A DNA stretch of 64,000 bases from Chrysomallon squamiferum (lineage: Eukaryota > Animalia > Mollusca), in NCBI GenBank assembly GCA_012295275.1, contig CM022665.1:40920001-40984000 (forward strand), written 5' to 3'. The position numbers and the translations under genes were made by a program. How positions within the stretch are numbered: position 1 is the stretch's first letter; each line of letters opens with the position of its first letter. Positions 1 to 13,634 of this stretch are shown in pieces. The notes under the pieces are model-generated. The model was not told where the DNA came from. It ran no database searches and was given only the letters and a program-made list of their open reading frames with translations.

Positions 1-873
1 AAAAATGTAGACAATATATTTGTAAATTGCATTTGAAAATGCAGCATCTTTTTAAAAAATAATAATAATAATAATAATGAAATGTAAATTTTGTATTGAA
101 TATTTCATTTTCTTTAATATTTTAATATTCAAAATTTAAAATGATTCTTGATTATGACAAATATAATCTGGTACCATTTCTCCCTGAGTTGCTTCATTCA
201 TTTAGCAGAAAGGAATTGTCTAACAGCACCTTCCCATCAACTGGAAAGCAAATACCACATTATTTAATAAACCAGTCATGGAATTCTGTTTGAAATGGAA
301 GATAATCCAGTGGTAGCACTAAGAAGAGTTGAACCTGACCAGATGCCTCAAACCACAGATTCACCAAAATACTTATTACTTATTGATTCTTTTACTTAAT
401 ATCATAGACACAATGATAGTCATTAATTTTATTAATCTCTTACCAGTCAGCTTCAATCAGCTGTAGTAGACAAAGATAATATTATATAGACAATCTTTGT
501 CCATCATGTAGCTTTTTATTTTATTCATTTGCTTGTCATGTTAATATGGCTTCACAGGTTATGTCTAAAATTTCATTACATATTAATAGCTAAGTGTCTT
601 CCTCCATGAATTTGTAAAGTGGGTAAGCTTCTTTCATTAAAAGTTTACAGGTTTTTTTCCACGTCCTGCTGCTCTCAGATTAGTGTCTGTTCTGGTGGCT
701 GGGGCTGAAAAGATGGCCATTTCATGTAATAATCTGTCTAATTAAATCTAAAGTGTTTGTCTTAAGAATGATGAACATAAACATTCTTTTCTGGACAGTG
801 GGATTAGCCGTTTGGTTGACCATCTGCAAAAGTCAGTCTTGAAGCAGTAAATTTCTTGTGGGTTTTATTTATC

Positions 874-877
<4 letters not shown>

Positions 878-928
<51 letters not shown>
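878..928. repeat. (GT)n microsatellite
   Basis: Directly visible. Confidence 0.99.
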
Positions 929-930
<2 letters not shown>

Positions 931-1569
931 ATCTATATGTGTATGTTTTTAGGAATGAATATTTTGTTGTCTTTTGTACATCTGATAAGACTCTGCACAA
1001 AGACAATATTCTTGAACACTCTGGTACAGAAGAATGAAGACCAATCTCTACCTCACAGACATCATATGCTGCTTACACATAGTATTTTTCTCAATGTCAT
1101 TTTCTGTATGTTTATATGTATGAAAGGAAGTAAGAATTTGCGTGTATCTGTGTTTCTATGTTTTCGTGTAAATATGTGCTTTTGACCCTATGTGTGTGTG
1201 TATATATAGCTGTATGTATGTATATACAAACACACACAAACTTTTAAAGCTGATATCACATGATTGCACAACGGCCTTAATGAATACAGCAGATTTACTG
1301 TCTACAAGGAATAGAGATGTGATTTTAAAATCGCTTGAATTATAATAAGTTTCACTTGCTTTGTAATAGCTGTGATATCAAAAGAGATATCATATTACCA
1401 GATATTAGTTTCATTTCCTGAATATGTCAGAGTTGTGAATGAAATACAAAAGATTCACCTGACTTAATCCTCCCACTCACTAATCCGTTGGATTGTAATT
1501 TCCGCTTCAGTGGTTTAGTTTCTGAAATTGCTTAGTTTGATTTGGCTTTATACTTCAATGAAATCTGAT

Positions 1570-2120
1570 TTCTATGCTCAGTATATGTCAACTGTGTCAT
1601 TACACGTTCAGTAAATGTCATGTATGGGAGATAACTATATAACACATTCAGTATATATTGTGTGAGATAATTGCATAACACATTCAGTATATATTGTGTG
1701 AGATAACTGTATAACACATTCAGTATGTCATGTGAGATAACTGTATTATGACATTCACTATATGTCATATTTGTGACATAGCAGTAGGATACATGTCAGG
1801 TATGAAATAACTGTATGATGACATATACTGTATATGTTGTGTGAGATAACTGTATGATGATATACACAATATGTCATGTGTGTGAGATAACTATGATAAC
1901 ACATTCAGTATATGTAATGTATGTGAGATAACTGCATGATGGCATATATAATATATGTCATGTGTGTGACGTAACTGCATGGTGACATGCAATATATATC
2001 GTGTGTGAGATAACAACTGTATGATGACATTCAGTATATGTTGTGTGTGTGAGATAATTCTGTGATGACATTCAATATATGTCATGGATATGAGATAACT
2101 ATAATGACATATGTGTCATG
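1570..2120. repeat. Degenerate ~36-40-bp minisatellite
   Basis: Recurring gtgagataactgtat(aa/ga)...cattcagtata(t)...tgt unit. Confidence 0.9.
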
Positions 2121-2597
2121 GATATTTATTTTGACTCTGTTGTTGTGGTTTTTTTTTTTTTTTTTTATAATGTGAAAATTGGCTGAATGCTTGATTCTTT
2201 GTCTGGATCCATGAAAAATGGGGAAAATTGTCAGAAACAATACTTTATGAATATCTGATGTTTTAAAAAATGACATTTTATGTTTTTTTGGGGTGGAAAG
2301 ATCACATGATGGTCTCAACAGCATCTCGTGTCCGGTAATTAGCAGTAAAAGAGTTTGAAGAATGAGTTGTCTGAAGAAATCATGATTAAATAATGGAAAT
2401 CACCCACTCACTGTCACTATGTGCATGTCTGTGTTATAATTAATAATGGAGTTTTCACTCGCAGGCCAAATTCTTTGTGTCTGTTATTAGTAATTATTTC
2501 TCTTTAGTCTTCATTTTTTATTTATGTGATTATGGATTTTTATTTTCTATATTTGTATTTATATGTGTATGTGTATAAGTGTATATATTTGTATATC

Positions 2598-2601
<4 letters not shown>

Positions 2602-2629
<28 letters not shown>
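2602..2629. repeat. (GT)n microsatellite
   Basis: Directly visible. Confidence 0.98.
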
Positions 2630-2964
2630 TCATTTGAGCGATAGCTGTCACATTTTGTGTAAATTAATGAATTTATTTATGAATTTTGTTATTTATTTAC
2701 TTATTTATATATTTATTTATTTATTTATTTATTTATTAAATGTGTTTATTCATTTTGTTCACATATTTGCCTTTATATCACACCTAAAATCAAGTATAAT
2801 TTAGTGCTATGGTGCTGCAAATATTTCAATTCATTCTTAACTGATTTTATTTTATTTTATTTTTTATTTCTATTTTTTTTTAAATGTAAATTAAAACAGA
2901 AAAAAAAGATATCTTCCTTCTTTAAATTTATTATATTTTATTTCATGTCACAGATTTGTTTATT

Positions 2965-3215
2965 AATATAACTGTTATTATTACTATTACTATTATAATT
3001 ATCACTAACACCATCACCATCATAAATATCATTATCATTATTACTATTATTATGTATCGTCATTATTATCACTATTATTATTTTTTTTTATTATTATTAT
3101 TATTACTACTGTTATTACTGTTACCATTATTATTATTCTTATCATCATCATCATCATCATCATCACTATTAATGTTGTAATTATCATCACTCATTATTAT
3201 CAGTAGTAGTAGTAG
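2965..3215. repeat. Compound trinucleotide tract (TTA/TCA/TAG)
   Basis: Directly visible. Confidence 0.9.
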
Positions 3216-5997
3216 AGGTTGTAGTAATGTACATGTACTGACTTAACCATAGTTTTGCTAGCAGACATCAAGTCTTTGGAAATCCCTTACTGCAACTCTC
3301 CTGTCTGAAGTGCTGATATTTCTGATTTACCATTTCTCACAGACTATAAATGGACTTGGCTGCATCAGTTATGGAATTATGGAATTTTCGTTCCATTGAG
3401 AATCCACTTAATAGGCCACCGAGACGCATCTTTTTACTATTATTGTCCACCAATTATTTTTTATTTTATTCCTCATTTGGTCAAAAATAATAATAAAGTA
3501 ATATTAAATAATAATAATAATATTAATAAAAATAATTTTAAAAAAATATAATAAAAAAATTGTTTCTACTGTCATTACAATTTAATAACAAAGATGAGAC
3601 ATTTTATTAATAAAAAGTTAAAAAAAAATAAAAAAAAATCTTTTAACAAAGATGAGACATTTTATTAAAAAGTTAAAAAAAAAAAAAAAAAAAAAAACCC
3701 AGAAAAATACAAGATGATACACACAGTCTTCATTACTGATTTCAGTCACTTTCAGCTGCAGTCTCCATCCATTCTCACTTTGCTTTGTTTTGTGCCTTGT
3801 ATAATTTAACATCATCAAGCAAAACACAGAGCAGTTATAATCAGCTGAATTACTATTATTTTTTAAAAATACTTATTTATGATTAAAAGGCACCAGACTG
3901 ACTGGAAACCTGTTATATTTTGTTACACATTTACAACTGTAATCACACACCATATTAATATTATAACCAGCACTGACTTCAGTCAGAACAATGGTCTAGA
4001 GTTATTAATTAGTAATAAGTAACCAGTTTGTTTGTCCACTCATTACAAGTGTCTTAATTTGATATTGTTAAAATTCAGTGGGGAAAAAAAAGAAGAAAAG
4101 AAATGAATGTATTAGGCTGATTTCAAGTCTGGATTACTGACAGGATATGGAAATTGTAGCCAGGGTTTAACACCAGTGTTTTGAGAACTGGCTTGATGTA
4201 TGAAAGATAGTCAGATAAAATCCTTCTTGGTGTCTCGTTTTGCCTGTTTCACGTAAAAATGTTTTACCCATGGGTAAATTATCAATGGCTATGCTATATG
4301 TTATATGTTATTTTGTTCTGTTATCTATCTTATTCCATTTGTTCATCTTTAAAAAAAAAAAAAAAAAAAATTAATGTGTGTGTGTATTGTGTATTTTCTT
4401 TTCTTTTTTTACTTTTTTACTACTTTTTTTTACAATTTTTTTTGGCCTACATTCCATTTTATTAACATCTATCAAATATATTGTTGTATTTTTAATTTAT
4501 AAATTATTTTGTTCCATATCATTCTATAACTGGGTTTGGTTGTTTTTTTTTTCTTTTTTTTAAAATTATTATTATTCACTTGTTGATCACCTTTCAGCTA
4601 ATCTTAAATTCACCAAGTTTGAGTTAATGTGATCTTTTTTTTTTTTTCCTGTATCATGTGCTCTTTGCTGTCTTAAGATTTTTTTTTTTTTTTTTTTTTT
4701 GTATGTGTGTGTGAAAGCCTGTAAGTCATTTTTGGTCATTTTTTAAATGTCATTGTTTTATTTAGACATTGTAAGTCGTACATTTTTCTATTTTTTGATA
4801 CTAATTAGGTTTTTTAGCGTTAACCAGAAAGTGAATCACATCGTTACTGACGTTGTTGTCTGTGTTCTATTTTTAATTCTTTTATTTTCATGTTGTTGTT
4901 TTTTTAATTTGAAAATAAAAAAATTGAATGGTTTTTCAATTGTATAATAATGGTTGTTTAAATAATGACTGATATTGTTGTTCTTATTTTTCATTTCATG
5001 TTATTTCTTTATTTTTATTTAATAGTTTATTTTACTAATCTGTTGTTGGTTGTCCCTTTTTTGGTTTTGTTTTTTAATCAAAGGAGTTCTTAATAGTAAA
5101 TTATATTGTTCAAGTAACAATTATCTATATTTTCTTCAAACTTTCTATTTTATTTTTTATTAGTATTATTATTATTATTTATTCTCTATATCAGTGTGTG
5201 TATGTAATTATATACATTTTTAAATTATTATTTCAACAGGAGAAATCCAACCCTAAAAGTATCTTTATTACTGAATCTTCACTTGTTAATGGCACCAATG
5301 AATAATCATGTTCACTTAATTGATCATCATAAATCCAGTCAGAATTACTGTAGAGATTCATTTAACAAAGAGCCTTCGCAGTTAATAGGTATACTTGTCA
5401 AATATTTACATATATCAGTGTTTTATCTTACCACATTAGGCCTCCTGTGTTCTTTGGAAATAGCTATATATTTGCTGGCAAGATTAAAAAGTAGATTTTC
5501 TAATAAAGTCAAAAGCCAAAGTAGAGAAAATGCTAAGGGTGTGGAAGGGTGAGGCTAAACTTTGTACTTTTAATTGAAAAAATAACTCTTGAGTAGAAAA
5601 TTTATTGTTGACAATAAAAGAAAAGGTACTGAGCATTTTATCGTCCACTTGAAGAAATTTATTTTAATGTTTAGAGTTAATGTTACAAGACAAAATTAAT
5701 CGTAGGAAGAAGAAGAAAGGGGAAAAATAATCAAAATGAAAATAATAACTGAAATGAAAATGTCACAAAAAGACAGAAAATTAGTTTGGAAAAAGGAAAT
5801 TTGAAAAAATAATAATAATAATAAAAACAAATAACTTAAATGAAATTTGCTTCTGCTTTTTTAATTAATGTGAAAAGGAGGCTGTAATTCTTTCGGTTAC
5901 AAAATGATATCTTTATTGCTGTTTAACTTTTAATGTATATTAGTCAAAACAAGTTATGAACAGTGTATTAAAACCTTCTTGTACTTGTACACAATCC

Positions 5998-6335
5998 AAG
6001 ATGCTCTGTTTTTATCTTGATAGCTTTGTCTTGTTCTGTTTTTATCTTGATAGCTTTGTCTTGTTCTGTTTTTATCTTAATAGCATTATTATGCTCTGTT
6101 TTTATCTTAATAGCTTTGTCTTGTTCTGTTTTTATCTTCATCGCTTTGCCATGCTTTTATCGTAATAGCTGTATCATGCTGTTTTTATCTTTGCTTTATC
6201 ATACTGTTCATCACTTTGCCATGCTGTTTTTATCATAATAGCTGTATCATGCTGTTTTTATCTTGATAGCTTTATCATGCTGTTTTTATCATAATAACTT
6301 TATCATGCTGTTTTTATCTATATGTGATAGCTTTA
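5998..6335. repeat. 30-bp / 28-bp minisatellite
   Basis: t(g)ctgtttttatcttgatagcttt.tc units with a 30-bp period at 6001-6150, then ~28-bp units. Confidence 0.92.
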
Positions 6336-6967
6336 ACATCCAATGAAATTTATATCACATTCAAATTGAAAAGTGTTGATGTATTAAAAGTTTTGCATAC
6401 ATCATACAAATATCCTGTTAAATCAACAAAAACAGTTGAAAAAGAATTTTTAGAATCATTTTATAACTTGGGTAGAAATATGCATTAAAATGTGAAAAAT
6501 AAAAGTCAAAAGCAGCTGAAATGAAAATTTGCGTTTGTTGTCAAAATTAATCTAAAAATGAAGCTTAATAACTAAACCAAAATTTCTTTCTCCTTTTTTC
6601 AAATTACATGAAGAGAAAATTGAAACGTCTGCAATGATTTGAAAAGAAATTTATTTCTGCTGTGCATAGTTTAGCTGAAGAAAAATATGTAGAATTACAC
6701 AGAGGAATAAAGCAAAAGGTTACATACAAAAAAAATCCCTGAATTATTAAATTTATCTGATGAGACAAGGATAGAAATAATGTGAAAAGTAATGAAAAAA
6801 GTCAAAGATAACTAAAATGAAAATTATTATTTTTTTTTTATAATTAAAGTGAAGAAAACCTGATAGCAGTTATGTGAAAAAAACGGGTAAGAAAGCTATT
6901 ATAAACTGAAATTCAGAGTGTTCTTGGTACATGTTTCCTCTGTGTACTTTGTTTGACTCCTACACTG

Positions 6968-7230
6968 GCAACAAATAAAGGACACTATTTTAGTTAACAT
7001 CCTTTCCTGTCACACAGTTGCGTGGTTTTAAAAAGCAAAGTGTGAGCAGTGTGTGAAAGCCAGGACAGTAATTTTCATTGTTTTATATTTAATATTTATT
7101 TTTATTGTGTATATTATCCAGCAAGTTATTTATTATCTGTATTTGTTATTGTTTGTATGTGCACTACAGTATATTGATGTAAGTTAAGTGGTGGAAATAT
7201 ATAGTGTCTGGAATGTGTCTACGTTATTTA
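6968..7230 (+). repeat. Left arm of long-range inverted repeat (partner 34385-34646)
   Basis: gcaacaaataaaggacac...tgtctacgttattta is the reverse complement of 34385-34646. By eye there are two substitutions and one 1-bp indel. Confidence 0.97.
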
Positions 7231-8419
7231 TGTCTGTTCTTCTGTATATGTCTTTTCATCATTCATTGTGTTTTTATGATATGCACTGACAGTGCATACC
7301 AAAGACCTAAGTATATTTTTCTTGTTTCAAATTAAAATAAAGGATTATAAACTAATAAAAATAAAAAGTAAATTTATCTTACAGAATTAACATTAAAGAA
7401 AGAGAAAGACCTGACATAAACTGAAAAGAAATAATTATATGTATATTTTTGTTTAGAATTAACAAAAACAAAATGAGAAAAAGAATTAAAAACTTCTAAA
7501 TCTCTCTTTTAAAGAAAATAAAAACATGTATGCACTTTTCCAGCTGCAAATCCTTTTTTACAAATACTTTCTATATGTCGAGTAGAAAACATGTTATAAA
7601 TGTAAAAGAAATATATGTCTAATTTTTGTTAAGAATTAACAAAATGAAATGTGGAAAAGAAGTTTAACTGTACTGAAAACGCGATAAATATCTTCTTTTT
7701 TTTTTTTTTTTTTTAAAAATAAATATAAAAAAAAATAACAATAAACATTTATGCACTTTTCCAACAGTAAATCCTCTTTTACATCACGTGAGGAGCAGAC
7801 GCTTGTTTACTGGAGAATTATAGAGATTTGAGACACTGGAGCTAATTGTGTTTTATAATCTCTCAGTTCAAGCAGAGCAGAAAGATGTGATCAACACAGC
7901 CATTAACATTAGTCCTGAAATCAAATGTCTGTCTGTCAGACTGACTGACTGTGAGATTAGAAGATTTATTTCTTTGATTTCTCTTAATGTGTGTGTTTTT
8001 TCAACAGTTTCTTCCCTAATGATGGCTAATCCTGATCTTATCTCAGCTGATGAGGTTCAAAGATTAACTAGTCAGTGTTGTATTTTTCTGGCTCATTTTC
8101 TGAGATTGAACCACCGTATTCAGAAAATAAATGAAATAAAAGAAATGGCTTTGCTTCCCTTCAGAAATGTTTTGTGAATAGGTAACTGCATGTTGAATTA
8201 AATTGATGATATTTGGAACTCCAATTAAAACACAGTGTCAGCAGTTGTCACTCTTGCTGTCACTTTCATGATCTTTTTAAACTTAATAAAGTGGAAAGCA
8301 AGATGTGGATGCTGATTAGAAAATTAACGAAGATGAGTAATGAGTAATTTCCAATTACTTGTCTGAGATACCATCACCAATCCTTGTTGACCATTCACCT
8401 TATTTTGAATTTAAACAGA

Positions 8420-8860
8420 AACAAGTCTCTCCACTTGTGACTTTTCGCCCCCCATCTCCACTTTTAACACAGAATGCCTCATCTATGAAGCAAATTATTT
8501 TTGAAAACTGGAAGACTCTTCCTATATTGCTGTGCTCACTTACTATCAGAACAATCAGCTTTTCCATCACTCATCTGCATCCTTTGATGACTGCCATGTC
8601 ACTTGTGATGTATGGAAATATCAGCACCACTGACAGAACATTTCTGGACAATACATTAGCCCGTCATGTTTGGTAATATATTTATTTGCCAGTTCTCATA
8701 ATGACTTTGTGGTCAACCACTGAAGTGACCAGGCGAGTGACCACTGTATGTGTCCCATGGTGATCAATGAATTCCTTGTTTACTAATTTGCCAACATTGT
8801 CACAGTGATGCCTCAACACTGCATGCTGCCTCTGTATGCATAATTTGCCACCATTTGTCA
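8420..8860 (-). mobile_element. Degenerate Tc1/mariner-like transposase fragment
   Basis: Minus strand 8501->8428 reads KIICFIDEAFCVKSGDGGRKVTSGE, resembling the Tc1 first-D motif VIFSDESRFC...DGR.RV...GE. Upstream (~8745-8695) SG.../VTSVVDHKVIMR resembles SGRPRVTS..DR.I.R. Multiple stops and frameshifts. Confidence 0.55.
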
Positions 8861-8959
8861 TGAAGATTATTTAAAACTTTGACTGAAGAGCAGAAGTGAT
8901 TGTTTGACTATTCAGTCATCTGAAAATGCAGCTGATGTTCGGTAATGTCAGTGGCATTG

Positions 8960-9180
8960 TAGTGTGTGTGATGAATCAATGATAGTGTCAGTGATACTGT
9001 AAATTGTGTGTGTTGAATCAATAATAGTGTTGGTGATATTTTATACTGTGTATGTTGAATCAGTGATGCCGTAGATTGTGTGTGTTCAATCACTGTATTG
9101 CTAACAGCGTTGTACGTTGTATTGTGTATGGTAAATCAGCGATACTGATATTTTACACTGTGTATGTTGAATCAATGACG
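8960..9180. repeat. Degenerate minisatellite (tgtgt[g/a]tgttgaatca core)
   Basis: The core recurs about six times. Confidence 0.75.
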
Positions 9181-10044
9181 ATGAAATGGTTTATTTTACA
9201 GTTCTTGCAATCAGATTAAAACTGCAGTCATTCAGTGTACAAGGTTTTCATGACATCTTTTATTTATAACACGGGGTAAATGATATTGTTTGTTGATTCT
9301 GTCTTTCTTGATAGTTAGTTAAGTTCAGTGGGTTGTAAAATTGTATCTGTTAGCTGTTTATTTAACTGCCTACTCCGCATCAGTTTGCTTCAATAGGATA
9401 ATGATTGCTTTCAACATCTGAACCAAAAATAATGTTGTCATCATCACTTAAAGTTATCTCAGTTAGGATCACACACAATTATACTCTCTCTGCTAGTCTT
9501 ATCATTATTTCTTTTAAATATTTCTACAAGCTATAATTTTGCATACCATTATGCTGTCTATGTCATTATGATCATTATTATTATTTTCATACCATAATGA
9601 TTAATTTTTATAATAATTTAAAATGCTTTCAATTATTTACGTTACCTTGAATATGGTTTATTAAACATTGTTATTGTTCATGTTATTATTATTATCATTA
9701 ACATATTTTTAGACCATAATGATAATTTTAATGAATATTTTCTTTCATTAATAGATATGATTACACCATATATCATTGTCATCATTATTGTTTTTAATAT
9801 TTTAGTAGATATAATACAGACATTCTCCAAACTCATTTCAAGTTATTGTGTCTATGATACATCAGTTACATTGTACATACTGATATTATCATCAAGATTG
9901 TTTTTATTATTTAAGCATATGTAATCCTGACATTTAACAAAAGTTTAAAATTTCAAAAAAATCAGTTGCACATAATTCACTGATATTTGTATTTTAATAT
10001 TTTATTAAATAAAAATAATGCGGACATTTTGAAAATAATAATCT

Positions 10045-10850
10045 GACCTTGATCTCATTTTCATCATGATTGGTTTTCACTGTTTCATCTTATGACTTGA
10101 TGTCATCTTCATTGTGATTGGTTTTCACTGTTTCATCTCATGACTTGATGTCATCTTCATTGTGATTGGTTTTCACTGTTTCATCTCACGACTTGATGTC
10201 ATCTTCATTGTGATTGGTTTTCACTGTTTCATCTCACGACTTGATGTCATCTTCATTGTGATTGGTTTTCACTGTTTCATCTCATGACTTGATGTCATCT
10301 TCATTGTGATTGGTTAACACTGTTTCATCTCATGACTTGATGTCATCTTCATTGTGATTGGTTAACACTGTTTCATCTCATGACTTGATGTCATCTTCAT
10401 TGTGATTGGTTTTCACTGTTTCATCTCATGACTTGATGTCATCTTCATTGTGATTGGTTCACACTGTTTCATCTCACGACTTGATGTCATCTTCATTGTG
10501 ATTGGTTTTCACTGTTTCATCTCATGACTTGATGTCATCTTCATTGTGATTGGTTTTCACTGTTTCATCTCACGACTTGATGTCATCTTCATTGTGATTG
10601 GACTGTTTCATCTCACAACTTGATGTCATCTTCATTGTGATTGGTTTTCACTGTTTCATCTCATGACTTGATGTCATCTTCATTGTGATTGGTTTTCACT
10701 GTTTCATCTCATGACTTGATGTCATCTTCATTGTGATTGGTTTTCACTGTTTCATCTCATGACTTGATGTCATCTTCATTGTGATTGGTTCACACTGTTT
10801 CATCTCTGATGATTTATTTGATCTCATCTTCATCATGATTGGGTTCTCAT
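10045..10850. repeat. 48-bp minisatellite, ~15 near-identical copies plus degenerate end copies
   Basis: Unit tgacttgatgtcatcttcattgtgattggttttcactgtttcatctca starts at 10093, 10141, 10189 ... 10573. One unit has a 5-bp deletion, then units continue at 10616, 10664, 10712 and 10760. Confidence 0.98.
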
Positions 10851-13634
10851 AGCTGCAGTTGACCACTTACCAGTGAGATAACATTTTATATTACACGCTG
10901 TGTATAACTACGAGCCATGGACGCTGCCACGTCACAGCTTGTCACTTTTAATATACTTCAGAGTCAATGCTGTCATTTTCATCACAGTAATTACAAGATT
11001 TGCATGTCATCTATCTTACTTTGTGTGTCAGACAAATTAGGCTAATTTGCCTTCCTGTCTGCTTAAAGCTCTGTCAGTGACATGTCATTACAATGTGTAT
11101 GGCCTACTGACTCTAGTCTCCTTGATTGTTTTAAAATTTTCACCAGATTAGTGTGGTCACTAATGAATCATAAGTCATGTTTTGGTTTGTTTTGCAAATG
11201 TCTTCAAATCTGGATTTAACATTTCAGATAATAGATTTTTTTTTTTTTTTGCCCTTTAAAGCTGATAAATATTTAACACAGATACACACATAAACACTCA
11301 TACACTCAGACATCATTATTCACAATCTGAGTGCTACTGAATTCAAATGATCATTTATTGATATTATTGTAATGACTTTTCTTTTCTTTTCATTTGGACG
11401 TTACTAAAATAGCTTATTCTGATCATATTACTAAACTTCATAAAGTTCACTATTAAAATTTCATGAAACTGATTAAAATGGTTTTAGTAATGTGACTTTT
11501 ATGCATAATTACTAAAATAGTTTTATTGAGGTAAATGCCATGATTTTGTGGGATGCTGTTATCAACAAGCTGCATAGAATGATCCTTAATACAGAGAAAA
11601 CAGTATATACCATTGTGTTTAATAAATCGGTTATTTTCCTAGAATGACCAGTGGAAGTATAGAAAAGAACTGATTTTATGACATGGATACTACAATCTAA
11701 ACTAAACCTGAAGTTACAGCCTGTGCTCTTAATAAACAGTAATTTCTTTTTTCTTTCTTTTTTATTTAAATATTAAATATCTGTTTTGATTTTGTCAAAT
11801 GCTAAAGATTTTAAAATATTTTCAGAAATCTAATACTGATGCATTTAACATTTATTGCATATTTTTTCTTGTTATTATTAAAAACAATTTTCAATTTCCT
11901 CACTTTTTTATTCTCCGTTTATTTAATATTTTCTCTTTCGTTTCACATTACAAAATAATAATTTTAAAAAAACAGAAGCAAAACATAAATTTTAAATAAA
12001 AAAAATTTAAAAAACATAATGGCAACAAGACAAAGCAACGAAATATTTTTATTGCCATAATGACTATTTGTTTATAATTAATCCTCAGCAGATTTGACTT
12101 CTCACCTAATCCTGTAATGTTCCTTTTCAATATTCTGCAAACAGAACTCGCTGCAACAAAAACACATTAAAACAGATGTCATGTTCTACAATAAATATCA
12201 TACAGTAATTTGATTGCATATTCCATATGCAGAGATGGTATTGTCACACTCACTGACTGACAGAGATCAAACAGCTAATATCATACTCCATAGTGTCAAG
12301 CATGCACATGCACACGCACACACACATGCTGGTATTAATCATAATTTTTTTTATAAAAGATTTTGTGGAGCAGCAGTCTGGATTGGAAGATGAGTCATTT
12401 ATTGGACTGATGAGGACTGATCCTGCACACTAACCACTGTAAAACAGTCAGCCCAAATTGATTGGTATGAAACATCAGATTATATTCCATATACACACTG
12501 TCAGGCATAGGTCAAAAAGTAACTGATTATAGTATGAATATTTCAATGACTGTAAGCTTTATCAAATTTTGGTTTATTTTATTCAATTTTATTTTAATTG
12601 TTTGTTGTTTGTTTGTTTGTTTTGCACACACGCAGTGTCATGGATGTACATAATTACAAAATCATCTATATAAGCTAGTTAATACCTATTTCCATTTCCA
12701 GCTTCATTATTTCAGTTTATTATGTTGACTTACACTGAACCTGCCATGTGTTTTCTTGTTTGCTGACTTGTCACTATATATTCATGACACTTGTGTGGAT
12801 TACAGGTCAAAATTACCAATTATGCAACAAGAATATTGGCACAAAGAAAGAGGAATTCAAAAGGAATAAAACAAGGTCTTTTCCTCAAACGAGTCAAAGC
12901 TTCACATATTGGAACGTCTTGGGAAATGATGGTCACCATGTATAAAAAGACTTGCTTTATCTTGAAGACCATTTTTCAGTGTCTTTGTCAACATTCCATT
13001 TTGTTAGACATGATTTATGGTTTTTGGTTTGGTCCTGCAAAGCGTTGTGAGAATTAACACTATTTATATCAGCAAAAAAAAAAAAAAAAGAAAAAAAGAA
13101 GATGAAAAAAAAAAAAAAAAAAGAGGAAAGAAATCCAGACAGAGAGACAGGATCAGATAAAATAAGAGATGCAAACAAAAGAAAAAAAATTGACCATTCC
13201 TGAAAGACCTCAAAGGTATAAACAAGATAATATATACTCTCACATATACATGTACTGATTCATGTTCTCTCTCTCTCACACATGCACACACAAACACAAT
13301 ATGCATACAAGATACAGACCAACCACATTCACAAACATTTTATAATTATTAAAAATAAAAAACAAATCTCATAATGGCAGTAATTCCAGAAATACATTTT
13401 ATTTTGTTTTTAATTTTTAAATTTTTTAAATATATTTTTGTCTAGATATTTCATTGAAATTGCATGATGTCATCTATTGTTAGCTACATCAAGAAGAAAA
13501 AAGAAAAGAAACAAAAAAGATGAATATGCAAAAGAACGAAAAAATTGATTTTCTTTTATTTTTAAATAATAAAGAAACATTTTCTTATTACTTGTATTTT
13601 ATGAAGAGCTCTCAGAATACATCATGTCATCTTT

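Noticed and set aside
7848-8676. Plus-strand ORFs 7848-8177 and 8359-8676
   Set aside because: Non-ATG starts and no homology cues. The second is antisense to the Tc1-like fossil.
10045-10850. CRISPR-like array
   Set aside because: Units are contiguous with no unique spacers, the context is eukaryotic and there are no cas genes.
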